Program-made: the position numbers and the translations under genes
Shown: one piece after another, positions 11,061 through 23,840 of the stretch
How the letters are laid out: every line of letters begins with the position of its first letter
How positions within the stretch are numbered: the first letter of the stretch is position 1
DNA from: Lama glama
Taxonomy: Eukaryota
Assembly: GCA_028534125.1 (NCBI GenBank)
Contig: CM052824.1
Span: 61,504,001-61,568,000, forward strand
DNA: 64,000 nt
Direction of reading: 5' to 3'
Notes under the pieces: generated by a model
Seen by the model: only the letters and a program-made list of their open reading frames with translations
What the model was told of the DNA's origin: nothing
Database searches by the model: none

Positions 11061-11523
11061 CGTGGTTGACGCATTGATATCCTCACAGGCACGTGTCCAC
11101 AGAGCCCTGGGGCCCCCAGCCCCGCCTTCCCCCAGGCTGGTGTCGTTGTTATTGTCTTTTTTTGGAGAAGGTCACAGATTTGTGAGCAGCACAGCAGAAT
11201 TCCGCCCTACCCAGTCCTGCCATATTCTCGAGCTCTGCAGCCTGTCCTTCAGCGGAAGCGTGCGGGACCCGTGACTGAACCAGGCCCGTTCCAGGGGCTC
11301 GCATCCCGCGTGCCACCCTGGGAGCCCCGGCGCCTCTCGCTTAACGAGAGCTTTGAACGCGCCCTCCCGCCTGGATGCCGCCGCAGCTATGATGGAAGAA
11401 CCATAAAGCCACCCGGCGGGGCGCGGCGGGGCGGGGCCAGGGGCGGGACCGGCCTGCAGGAAGTGCGCCTAGCGCACTGCCTGATGGGGCCGGAAGTGGA
11501 GCGCACGCTGCGGTCCGGCAGTC

Positions 11524-11549
11524 ATGGCGGCGGCGCGGGGCCGCAAACG
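11524..11549 (+). CDS. NOC2L: NOC2L exon 1 (coding part)
   Basis: gtcATGgcg, MAAARGRK, gtgagt donor. Confidence 0.9.
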
Positions 11550-14500
11550 GTGAGTTGGGCGCGATCCGATCTGGCCTCCGGGCGGACGCTTGCATCCAAA
11601 GGGGCTCCCCTTGCGCCTCTCTGTGTTCCTGGGGCGGCAGGGCTAGGGCACATCGGGCTGGCTGGGAGGAGTGACCCTGACGGCATGGCCCGCAGACGCC
11701 TGGCGGAGCTGACGGTGGACGAGTTCCTGGCCTCGGGCTTTGATTCTGAATCCGAATCCGAGCCCGAAGGAGCCCCAGAAGCGGAGACGCGGGTGGCGCG
11801 CGGAGACGTGCGGAGCTTGGGTGGGCCAGGCGGGACCCCTTTTGCTAGGTAAGTGGAGCGTGTGTAAGCAGAGTCCCCATAATCGTCCTGGCCCTTTACA
11901 CCCCAGGGCTGCTGACCACTCACTCCTGGGGCCTCTGGACTGAGGTTTATGGACTTCTGACCCCATCCCCAGACCCTTTGGCTTATTTATTCTTCCATCC
12001 GGTGCTTACGGAGTGCCTGCTCTGTGCCAGGTCATTCAGGTGTAGGGCAAACGTTGGGGTACGGTATTCCTTTTTGGTCTAGGAGAGCTTACCTAGTGTT
12101 GGGTAAATCACAGTATGTAGTATGGTAGAACACGTAACTGCTGCAGACAGGACGGGAAAGCAGAAAGAGCTAGAGGAACAGGGAGCACAGCTGGGAGTGT
12201 CTGCTGCAGCGTTAAGTAGAGTAAGACCATTCAAGGAGGTGATGATTGAGCAAAACCTGAGGGAGCAAACTGTGTAACGGTAGGGGAAGAATGTCTCTAT
12301 GTTTCTGGCAGCAGGGGTAAAGGTCCTGAGGTGAGAGTGAGCCTTCCACAGAGGTGAGCATGGCTGTGGCAGGAATGAGGGGGAGAGTAGGAAGAGGTGA
12401 ATCTGAAGGAGTAATGATGGGGCGGGATCTTGTAGACTATTTAATGCTATCCTAGTGCAATGGGAACTTATCCCAGGGCTTTGAGTAGTGAGGTAATGTC
12501 ACGTGATCCATAGTGTTCTGCAAGGGTCCCCTGGGTTGGTGTGCTGAGAACAGGTTGTAAGCAGCAGGGGATGACGAGGGAACTGAGAGAGGCTGCTGAT
12601 TTGAGAGGAGTCATGAGAGGTTTTGAAAGTACTGATGATGAGATCTCGTGACACATGGCATGGTGGGTGTGAGAGACAAAGAGAAGTTCATCTTTCCTCT
12701 GAAAGGTGGAGTTAGCAACAGCTGAGATAGAGCAGGGTGTGGGTAGAGCAAGGTTGGGGGAAACTGCAAGTTCTGCGTTGTCTGTGTTGGGTTTGAAACG
12801 TGTGCTTCGAAACATATGTATAGAGAGGCTGTTGGATGTGTAGTAGTCTGCATTTTGGAGGAGAGAGAGATCTGCAGAAAACTTAGTCTCTGGAAACCCC
12901 CCTGCCTTGGTTATTGGGAGCTGTTGCGAAGGGAGGGGACTAACCCTCACAGGTTCTCCGACGAGGACGGTGAGCTGATAGCGAGGAGGACAGGAAGCCT
13001 CACCCCTCAGCCTCCTTTCTTGACTCTGCCTGCCACTCAGACTTGATCACCCCCACTTCCTCAGCCAGCGTAAGGGCCGTGCGTCTGAGCACAAGGACCA
13101 GCTTTCTCGGCTGAAGGACAAAGACCCCGAGTTCTACAAGTTCTTGCAGGAAAATGACCAGAGCCTGCTGAACTTTAGTGATTCAGACAGCTCTGAGGAT
13201 GAAGAGGAGCGACTCCACTCTCTGCCAGACACACTGGAGGTGAGATCTTGTGCACAGTTGGGTTGGGGGCAGGGGCATATTTGTGGCCTCTACATCCTGT
13301 CCAGCCTGACCCTCTGCATCTGGTGCAGGAAGCAAGTGAGGAGGAGGAAGATGAGGAGGAGGACGACAGGGTCCCCAGAGGACCTATGGGGAAGAGGAGG
13401 GATTCTGTCCCTGTGACCCTTGCCATGGTTGAGAGATGGAAGCAGGCAGCAAAGGTGAGAATTGGCGTGGGGTGGGCAGCTGACCCCGCCCCTCACCCTC
13501 AGGAGCCTGCCCTTACCTCATTTCAGTGACCTGGGGCTGTGCAGATGAGAGGACCCCTTCTCTGAGCCCTGGCCCTGGTGTCCCATTCAGCTCAGAAGCA
13601 TCTCACAGGTTTCCCTGCGTGCTAGGAGGGTTCAGAACTGCATTCTCTCTTTCACTCAGAAACTAGGGGCTCCACCTGCTTCCTTCCACTCAGTTTTTCT
13701 CCAGGGATCCTGTCATCCACGGTGGGCATACTCTCTATGCCTTTGTTAGTTGGGGGAGCCAGGGCCCTTCTTCTGCAGGCCTTGCAGTGGTTTCTGCAGG
13801 GAAAAGAAAGGACAGAAAGGGAGAACTCCAGATACCACTTGGAGCTGGCTTTCTCAGCGCCCCCTCCATGGCCCTTCCAGGAGGATTCTGGACTCTTTTT
13901 GTTCCCTGCACACGGCTCAGTAACACTGCCCCCGTCTCTGTTCTTTGTCTGGGGATATGGGCAAGGGAGCCTTTCTCTCATGGAGCAGGTTCCTAGGTAG
14001 GGCCCCAGCTTGCTGCTCTCGCTTTCCCCAGCACAGCCTACTGCTCCCCCAGCGTTCTGGGTCCTCTTGCCCCTTTAGCAGCACCTGACTCCAAAGCTGC
14101 TCCATGAAGTTGTGCAGGCGTTCCGAGCAGCTGTGGCCACCACCCAAGGAGACCAGGAAGGTGCTGAGGGCAGCAAATTCCAGGTCACAGACAGCGCTGG
14201 TGAGCTAGGGTGAGGGGACCCCAGATGCGGGCTCTCTGTTTCATCTTCTGTCCTGTGAGTGGCATCTCTGGTCCCCTCATTGCAGTGTTCAATGCTCTGG
14301 TCACCTTCTGCATCAGAGATCTCTTTGGCTGTCTCCAGAAGCTGCTGTTTGGAAAAGCCCCAAAGGACAGCAGCAGGTAAGAGGGAAGAGGGTAGAATGG
14401 GGAGACATGGTCAGGGTCCTGCACAGGGGAAGGCAGATGCCTTGGGACCTGGTGGCCCCCTCCAGACCCACCTGGTACAGAGGGATGTTGAGGACAGAGC

Positions 14501-17500
14501 CAGGCTCTTTGTGGGGCTCTTGGGAGAGGCTGGGCACTCGGAGCCCCATCCCTCCTTTCTTCCTTTCTACTCTGCTCAGAATCCCTCAGGGGCCATAGAG
14601 TGTGTGCTTGTAGGCTCTCTTCCCCTACCTTCCCAGTTCAGGGTTCTCTTCGTTCCTCTCTGGACAAGTAAGTCTCATCTACTCTTCTTGCTCTCTGCTC
14701 TGTGGCTGGCGTGTGTGTTGTGTCTGGCAGGGGCCTGGTACTTGCGGGGTTTGAGAACCCTGACTGCTATGTTAGAAGTAGATTGAGCTGAGAAGGCTGT
14801 GGAAGGTCTTCAGAGGAGAGGGAGGAGCAGCAGACATTTTGTGACTTGGGGACTACATTGGGGTCAGAGGAGCTTACAGCCACATGACCTGGAAGCAGTA
14901 AGGGCCCAGAGGATCAAACTCACCCCAGACGACCTTTCAAAAGGGAAAAGAAGGCTCCAGGGTGAGGTTCTGCTGTGGCCACCTGAAGGGGAGGCTGAGA
15001 AGGCAGTGGACTTGAAGATGGGAGTACCTGGGCCTGGTGGGCATGGTCAGGGCTGGACTGACGGGTCAGGAAGGTGTGGCCACGTGGAGGTGGCTCTGTG
15101 TGAAGGGAATGGGGAAGCTGAGGGACTGGCCAATGGAGGGGACAGGCAGTGCGTATGGTGCTGGCGTTGCCTGGGAGTGAGCTCCCTTGGGGGCGGCTGC
15201 ACTGGGAAGGGTGGTCACCATGAAGGACGGTGGGCTTGGGGAAGAAACAGCGCTGCTTCCTGGGTCGCAGCCCTGGGTGCTCAGCAGCTGGTGCCAGCCG
15301 ATGAAGGACTTCCAGGGGCCCTTGCCCTTTGTTCTTCACACATCAGCAGATTTAATGAGCACTGCTATGTGCTGAGTTCCATGAATGTTGAGGGGTGACG
15401 CCTTTGAGAAACTTCGAGGAGCATTAGCCATTATTGCTGAAACGTAGATGTCTTTTAAGGCACTTGTGGGCCAAGGGATGCCAGGGTTAGACCCAAGACT
15501 GCAGAGTGTAGGTGCCTGAGTGGTGGAGGGAGCTGGAGGCCACAGGACCCTCTCTGGCTCTGGGCTCAGACTAGGGGGACAGTCAGCCCTCTGGCTGGGT
15601 GGGGTATCCTGTAGGGGTGCTTGGGACTTGGTGGTACCCCTCCTCAGGCACAGGTGTGGGCCACCCTTCAGAGAGTCCTGGTGCATCTCCCTTGTCGGTT
15701 CACTGGAAGGGCCTCTGGCCTTTTTGTGGGAAAGATGGGTGGTCTTACCACATGTGCTCTGGAACTATGTCTTGGAAGGGACGTGGCTTGGGGCTTACCC
15801 CTGCCTCCCGGCAGCCTAGGGTCTGAGCTGTGGTGCTCACTTGGATGGGTTGGGTGTGTTCTCTCTGCAGGGTGCTGTCGCCGTCCAGCAGCCCACTGTG
15901 GGGGAAGCTCCGGCTGGACATCAAAGCTTACCTGAGCTCTGTCGTACAGGTGCAGCTCTTGGGTGGGGGGGGCAGGGCCTGCTGGGTCATGCGGGTGCCT
16001 GGCTGGGTCCACTGGTCCAGGCCTCTCTTGTATCTGGGCCTCGCTGACCTCTTCTGCTTCCTCAGCTGGTGGCCTGTGTGGCAGAGGTGACAGTCGCAGC
16101 GGCTGTCCTCCAGCACATCAGCAGTTCCGTGCTCTACTACCTGACCTTCCCCAAGCAGTGCCGCATGCTGCTCAAGGTACACCGTCCAGAGTTGGCCCTG
16201 CTGCCAGCCAGCGTGCAGATGGCCTCCCCTCCCAGGCTCTGTCTCGGCAGCATCCTCAGGGCAGCACAGCCCAGTCGCATGAGGACCAGCTCCTCTGGTG
16301 GTGTGTGTGTGTGTGTGAGAGCTTTCTGACGCGCGTGTGTATACATGTGCCTGGTAGAGGTCAGTTTTTCCCATGAGGCCTTTAGGAGGGGCAGTGTGCT
16401 GTTTCCTGTTTTTGCTTCTCCCGGATTGAGCTCTAACTTGTGGGTCTCCCTGGGGCACTTTGGGGCGCTGTCTTCAAGTGTGGTGGGGCTTGGGGAGGTG
16501 GGGACAGGCACTGACGCCTAGTCTCTGCAGAGGATGGTGGTCCTGTGGAGCACGGGTGAGGAGACGCTGCGAGTGCTGGCCTTCCTGGTCCTCATCAAGG
16601 TCTGCCGGCACAAGAAAGACGCCTTCCTGAGCCCTGTCCTCAAGGTAGTGGTGCTCCTGAGGCTGTCCATCGGGGTCTGGGTTAAGTCTCATCTTAGGGC
16701 TGGGCAGGCTGCCTTGCGGTTTGTGTTCCTTGTAGGCACTATGACCCTGGACAGACCTAGGCCCTCGCCATGGTTTCCCCCCAGAAGTGGGGGGTGGGAC
16801 GGGAGCCCTTGGTCCCCCTGCGGCTCCACGTGGACTGCTCCGCACAGCTCTCCCCTCAGTGGACAAGGACATGGGGCATAGAGAAGGACAGGGATCCTGC
16901 TGCCTGGCTTTAAGCTGGGGTGGCCTGCCCCACATCCCTGGAAGCTTCCTGTGTCGCCTGGCACATGGCAGGGGCTTCTCTGTCCCCTTCCCTCCTGGTC
17001 CTTGCCTATTCCCACAGTTATTCATGCTGCAGCTTGCTGCCCCTTGGGTACCTGGCCCCCCTGTGAGACCCTTCTCTGTGCCCGAGGCTGGTGGGTGCAC
17101 ACGTGGAGACTGAGCAGCAGTCGGGGGCCCCAGCATCGGGTGTTGTTTAGGGGAGGGGTCTGTAGCAGACATGGCTGGGCTGTTATTCATGCTGAGGCCA
17201 GCTCTGGGAAAGGCCCAGGTGTCTGGTGGTGGCGTGGAGCTGGGCAGCGGGGCACAGGGCCCTGGGAGCTCAGAGGTGGCTCTCACCGTGGGTGTCTCGG
17301 CAGCAAATGTACATCATGTACGTGAGGAACTGCAAGTTCACCTCCCCCAGTGCCCTGCCACTCATCAGCTTCATGCAGCGGACCTTGGCGGAGCTGCTGG
17401 CCCTGGACACTGGCATCACCTACCAGCACGCCTTCCTCTACATCCGCCAGCTTGCCGTCCACCTGCGCAACGCTATGACCATGCGCAGGAAGGTGTGCAG

Positions 17501-20500
17501 CGGGGCTTGTGGGGTGGGGAGCCCGAGAGCTGACCCACTGTGGGCCTGGGGACTCCTGGGAGAGGCAACTCAGCGCCTTGGTGGGGGCTGTGGGAGTGGG
17601 AGGAGGGGACCGGTGGGTGGCTGACCCAGAGGTCCACTTCACTCTGCGCAGGAGACGTACCAGTCAGTATACAACTGGCAGTTTGTGCACTGCCTCTACC
17701 TGTGGTGCCGCACGCTCAGCACCATCTGCCCAAGTGAAGCTCTCCGGCCGTTGATCTACCCCCTTTCCCAGGTTGTCATTGGCTGCATCAAGTGAGTCAG
17801 GGCCCCCGAGGGCCGAAAGAGGTCCGAAAGAGGTTGAGGCCAGGGTTACACAGGGCTGTCTGGGGACAAGGTTGCAGGAGGCTGTCCTAGAGATCACAGA
17901 AGGGTCAGAGTTTTACAAGGAGGCATCCTGGAGGGCCAGGATGGTCTGGCCAGTATTCCTGGTGGCTGGGGCCTCCAGGAAGTGGGGTCTGACTTGAAAG
18001 AACCTTAGAAGGGCTGGGAGTGAGGCTGCATGACCCTAACCCTGTGCCCAGCATGTGAGAATGTCCCAGAATCATAGTCAGCTGCGTTTCTCAGTTGCCT
18101 GTGATGTGAACGCCTCCTAGTGCCCTAGTCTGGGATGCAGACACTCGTGCATTCCCGTGACTCTGTGCAGTTTGAAGGGAGTTTGAGTTTACCTGCATGG
18201 GTGTCCGGGATGGAGCAGGTCTGGTGTGAACATTCAGCATCCGTCTCTGGGGGCAGAGACTGGAGGAGCCACCTGTGGCCAGGAGAGGGCGTTCCTGTCC
18301 TCCTGAAGGGAAGAAAGAAAGGCTTGAATCAGTGACTCTGCCACCTGCTGCCTCGCTGCCTCGTGCACTGAAATGAAATTGAGTTAATAGCCAGGCAGGG
18401 TGTCCCCCACCCCAATCACTGAGCAAGGAGGCAGGTCCTTAAAGCTGGGACTGCAGTTGAGGCCTCTTGTCCTGCCCTTTTCTGTCGGATGGGCAGGGGT
18501 GTCTGCTGACCCTCATGGGGAGGAGGCTGGAGCCCCATGGGTTGGGAGGGGTCGGGGCAGCTGGGCCAAGAGGGTGAGGCTAGTTTGTGGGTCTGTCAGG
18601 CCGGGGCCTCTTCACTCCCACCTCCCACGTTCCCAGGCTGGTCCCCACCGCCCGCTTCTACCCGCTGCGCATGCACTGTGTGCGTGCCCTGACACTGCTC
18701 TCGGAGAGCACGGGCACCTTCATCCCGGTGCTGCCCTTCATCCTCGAGGTGAGTGGGTTCAGTGGGTCGGGCAGGGACGGGGGTGCTTCCTGCTGCACGT
18801 GGCCCCGCCGCCCTCCGCAGCGCAGCTCTCCTGAGGGCACCTTCTCCAGAGCGCTCGCCTGTAGCAGGCAGTTTCGAGAGGGTGTTGCTGTGCACCGCGC
18901 CTGCCCAGGCTGGTGGTGTGTGTTGTAGGCAAGGGTGGCACCATAGATGAGGTCAGCTGCTCTTTGGGGCTGGCCCGAGGGTGTTGATTTTAGGGCACAG
19001 ACTTGGGTTGATCCGGTGTTTGCCCAAGATCAGCGTGAGCCAGAGAGCTGGGCCAAAGCCCTGTCTGATTGCAAAGCTGTATTCTCTTCTCATGCCTCTG
19101 CCTGGGTGCCTCTGTGTGTATACGTGTGCACATGTGTGTCTGCGTAGCTTAGGTGAGAAAGGCTGCAGTCTGAGCGCCAGAGATCCACTGGGGGTTGGGC
19201 CCCAGTGCAGCGCACACTTGGGAACTCACAGCCTCTCTCATTAGGCCTCTGCCCCACCTCCGGACAGCTCAGAGCGGTGCTCATCACGGCTAGGGTGGGG
19301 GTCTACCCCCTCACCAGGTGGAGAGAGAGGGGAGCCCCCTGGGACAAGACATGAAATCTTCATGCTCTTAAGAATGTTTTTTGGACACATCTGTTCCCCT
19401 CAGATGACCACTGAGTTGGCCCCGGGGCCCTTGGCTTGGTGTCCCTGCTCTAGGCCTCTCCCTGCTGGCCAGCTCTTGGCCTCTGTCTGTCCATGATCTC
19501 CCACAGTCATTTTTTTTTCTTCCATCTTTACTAATCTGTGTGCTTGCACCTCCTCAGCTTGCAGCTGCCCCCCATACGTTCTTCTCGCAGCCAGGGCTGC
19601 AGGCCTCTCCTCTCGGAGAAAACAAACCACACAGGCTCTGAAGGGCCCCTGCTGTCTGTCCCTGGGGCGAGAGCAGCCCTATGTGGGAATTCAGCTTCCC
19701 CCCTCAGGCTGCGCCAGAGCTTGAGAAAGGCAGTGCCTTCCCAGGGAACCATTTGTCATAGTGTCACAGCTGCAGTGAGCTGAGCTCAGCTGTGAAGCAT
19801 CTTCCCCTCCCTGCTCCATGGTGTCTCCTGTTGGGGGCCTTTTTCAGTTAGGTCTCCCCAGCATCTGCCACCCACTTCCTCAGGGACGCACCCTGGATCA
19901 CCCCAAGTGAAAGTGATGGGGAGGGGTCCCCTGGTGAAAGGCTTGGCACAGCTCCCACCCTGCTCCCCTTGGGTAGGACGTGGGATGGGAGCTGCCCAGG
20001 CCCCTGCCTGAGAACTTCTGTCCCTTGGTGAATTCCTCCTGGGGAGTTAGCCCTGGAGCCAGGACCAGGCCTTGGGGAGTCGATCATGGGTGAGGACACT
20101 GCAGTGACGGTGGCCCCATGTGGGAGGGACTGTTCTTCGTCTCCAGGTGCTGGTTCTCACGGCCTCCTGGCCCAGTTTAGAAGGGCAGCAGCAGTGTGTG
20201 TGTGTGTGCGTGCAGGTGCGTGCGTGTGCGCCCGCGCTCTCCTGGTCCTACATCTTTGGCCACGGCCCCCTCTAGGACAGAGGGACTCTTCTGGGGCTGG
20301 AGCTCTGGAAGGCAAGCAGACTGTTGACAGGGGCATCTGGGGCCATGGGGCTGGCACTGCATCTGGCCACTTGTCCCTGGTCTCAGGTTGGGTCTCCAGA
20401 GACCCAGAGTATGGGGTGGGCTGACAGGGTCCTTGGGGCAGGTTTTCCAGCAGGTCGACTTCAACAGGAGGCCAGGGCGCATGAGCTCCAGGCCCATCAA

Positions 20501-23500
20501 CTTTGCTGTGATCCTGAAGCTGTCCAAGGTTAACTTGCAGGAGAAGGCGTACCGGGTGAGGCCAGTCTCTAGGATGGGTCCAAGGAGTACACTGGGTGGG
20601 TGTTGGATGGGCTCTGGGGTCAGCCCGCAGGGTGGAGGCAGATGAGTGTGGACAGGAGGCGGCTCACTGCCCTCTGGAGTTGAACCTTGTGGGTCTCCTG
20701 GGGTTGGGGGAGCAGGTGCTCCTGGGCCCCCACCCTGGGGAACCTGAGTGTGGCCCAGGGAGGCTATGGGGTCAGGTCCTCTGGGTCCCCAGACTAGGGG
20801 GCAAGCTGGCACACCAGCCTGTGAGCCGTCGCCTGCCCTGACGCTGTCCTCTCCCTCACTTCTCAGGATGGTCTGGTCGAGCAGCTGTATGACCTCACCC
20901 TGGAGTACCTGCACAGTCAGGCCCACAGCATCGCATTCCCTGAGCTGGCGCTGCCTGCTGTCCTGCAGGTGTGTGCCCGCTGCCCCACCCTGCCCCGATC
21001 CCTCAGCAGACCAGACTGTCTCCTAGGGGGCTAGCTCCCCTTACACAGCTGTGTCACAGTCACAGGGCCAGTGGCAGAGCCTGGCCAGCTTGAGGTCTCT
21101 GCTGACACTACCTGGCAGCTGGATCCCTGGAGCTGTGGTATCGGGGTCTGAGCACAGGGGGTGTGGAGCCTGTGGGGTGGGACTGACCGGTGCATCAAGC
21201 GGCCCCTCCCCAGCCGGCCACATCCCAGGGGCCAGACTAGCTGTAAGGTCTCCTGGGGGGTGTTGGGACTGAGCGGGCTGGACCTGGCCCCCCAGTTTTG
21301 GGTTGGGCTGGTCTGAGTACATGCTTCCCCAGGTGGTCCTGGGCATGGGTGAGGAGGTAGGATAGTCTCAGGGCAGCAGGAAGCTCTGGCCACCCACCTC
21401 AGCTTTTCTTCATGTAATACTTGGGGAGTGGGGTGGGGTCCTCCCTCTCAGAAGCTCCTCTCGGCCCTTTGGAGGGGTCTTAACTTTCAGCCTAGGTGTC
21501 TCCCATCTCAGGGAGGCCTGGGCCTGTTTGGCCCTGGTGGGCAGAACCAGCCCCCCAGTCGCAGGCTGCGGGTGAGTAGGGCAGGGCTGCTCAGAGGCCC
21601 AGACACAGGTGTGTGCAAGGCTCTGTTTGTGAGTCTCAGAGATCGTGGTCTGGAAGGGGGTTCAGTAAATGGTTTTGGTAAAAAGTCAAATGTAAATGTT
21701 TTAGGCTTTGCAGTCACATGGTTTCTTACAACTGTTTGACTCTCCTGAGGGCGGGCAAAAAACAGTCATAGAAACTCAGGAACGAGCGTGCTGTGTGTGA
21801 GGACAGCTTTACTTACAGAGTCAGTGGGGATGTGGCCTGGAGGTCGACCCAAGCTACGCCCCGCCAGTGCTCTGCCCTCCGCCTGGCCTCTGCAGCCCTC
21901 AGCCTCCACAGGCTCCCTGAGGGCTGGGCCAAGAGCTCACGCAGGCCCCTCCCCCAGCACGCTCACCAGGGCCCTAAGACACAGGAACTCGTGATCCCCT
22001 TGCCTGCCTGTGATCACCATGTGTGGGGTGCAGGGCAGCCCTGTGCCTGGAGCTAGGCTGAGCTCCCCTTTCTTCTGCAGCTGAAATCTTTCCTCCGAGA
22101 GTGCAAGGTGGCCAATTACTGCCGTCAGGTGCGCCAGCTACTGGAGAAGGTGCAGGAGAATGCAGAGCACATCCGCAGCCTCCGCCAGAGGGTCCCGTTC
22201 GGCGTGTCCGACCAGCACGCGGTGGTCAGCTGGGGGCTGGCGCCTGGGCCCTGGGGGCACCGGTCAGTGTGTATCTGGGGTTCAGGAGCTTGCTGGGGTG
22301 GGACATGACCCTGAACCTCTCCCCACAGGACGCCTGGGAGAAGCGGACCCGAGAGGAGGGGACCCCGCTCACCAAGTACTACAGCCAGTGGCGTAAGCTG
22401 AGGGATCGAGAGATCCAGCTGGAGATCAGCGGCAAAGAGCGGGTAGGGGGGCAGGGGCGGGGGCATGGGCACAGCTTGAGGGACGTCAGCGTGGGTGTAG
22501 GGGCTGTCCCGGCCACCCCCAGGTGCAGCCTGTCCGGGTGCTCTGGCTGCTCTGACAGGGTAGGTGGTGAGCTGAACTGGGCAGAGTCTGAATCCTCTCA
22601 TGGCTCCTAGGAGGAGAGGCTGCTCCCTTGCCTCAGGCCTGATGGGCTGGGGATTTTGGGGGAGCGAATGCTGAACTGACCTTGTCACCCAGGCCAGCCT
22701 GTGGACACCAAGAGGTCCAGCAGAGAGGGGCTAGGATCTGGGCCTAGCCATTGGGTATGGGATGGTGTGACTTAAGGGGACAGCTTTGTGCCAGGTGGCA
22801 CTACCGTCTGCATCCCTGCATCTCTGTCCTGGTATCAGTATGGGTTTACCATCTGTCTTGAGAGTGAAGGCTGAAAATCTGGGAACAGGAAGGTGGGGGC
22901 CTGCAGCTTTGGTGGCATTTAGTGGCCTCCCGGTGGGGCAGCCGTCAGGGAACCCCACCCCGTGATACTAAGCAGGAATCCCAGGAGTTGGCTAGCAAAA
23001 GCAGCCAGGCAGGGTCCTTGCGAGGGGGTGGGCTGGAGGCCTGAAGGGGGTGCTGAAGGTGGGGAAGCAGGACCGCGGGTCTGGGTAAAGCCTGTCTGTG
23101 GGAATGTGAGTCGGGGCTCTTGCTGTGTGACGTGGCCAGGCCGTGGCTCTGGGGGTCGGGTGGAGTGGGCCCACCCTCAACTGCTGCTCTGGGCTCCTGT
23201 CCTCCCAGCTAGAAGACCTGAACTTCCCAGAGGTAAAGCGGCGCAAGGTGGGGGACAGGAAGGATGAGGACAGGGCAGAATTCAAGGACCTCTTTGACCT
23301 GGACAGTGATGAGGACGACGATGCCCCGGACTTCCCAGAGAGAGGTCGGGGGTCCACGTCTCTGCTCTTGCTGGGGCGGGGGTTGGGGGAGGAGGAGCAG
23401 GTGGGCCTGGCAGGATTCCCACCTGGTGGAGCCAGAAGTGCCCCAGCTCTCATGTTGCTGAGTGCTTGCCACCACTCCCTCGCCTCTTCTCCCACCACTT

Positions 23501-23807
23501 GGATAGCTTTGAGGTGGGAGCCCTCCTGGAATTGGAACACATGCCTCTAGGCCTCGTCCCCCTCCCCAGCTCCCTCCACCCTGCCCCACAACCCCATCAC
23601 TTTTCAGGGTTAGTTCTGAATCTTCTCCACTTGCACAAAGGGGGCCTGAGGGAAGGCTGGATGCAGGACTGTGCACCTAGCCCACCCTCCCACCTTAGCT
23701 GCCTGCTCTGTGCATTTTCCGGTGGGCCTACTACCATGGGCTCTTGTCCTTGGTCTTCAGGGACATCTGGGTCCCCGAGAGCTTGGCAGAGGGAGGAGGA
23801 GGAGGAA

Positions 23808-23840
<33 letters not shown>

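Larger units (their letters stand above)
11230..11850 (+). promoter_or_regulatory. CpG island / NOC2L promoter with ETS, NRF1-like and GC boxes
   Basis: CAGGAAGT 11457-11464, CCGGAAGT 11490-11497, GTGCGCCTAGCGCAC 11463-11477, GGGGCGGGG upstream; housekeeping-type promoter. Confidence 0.8.

Noticed and set aside
14750-15500. Possible old LINE remnant in NOC2L intron 6
   Set aside because: Purine-rich but too diverged to assign by eye.
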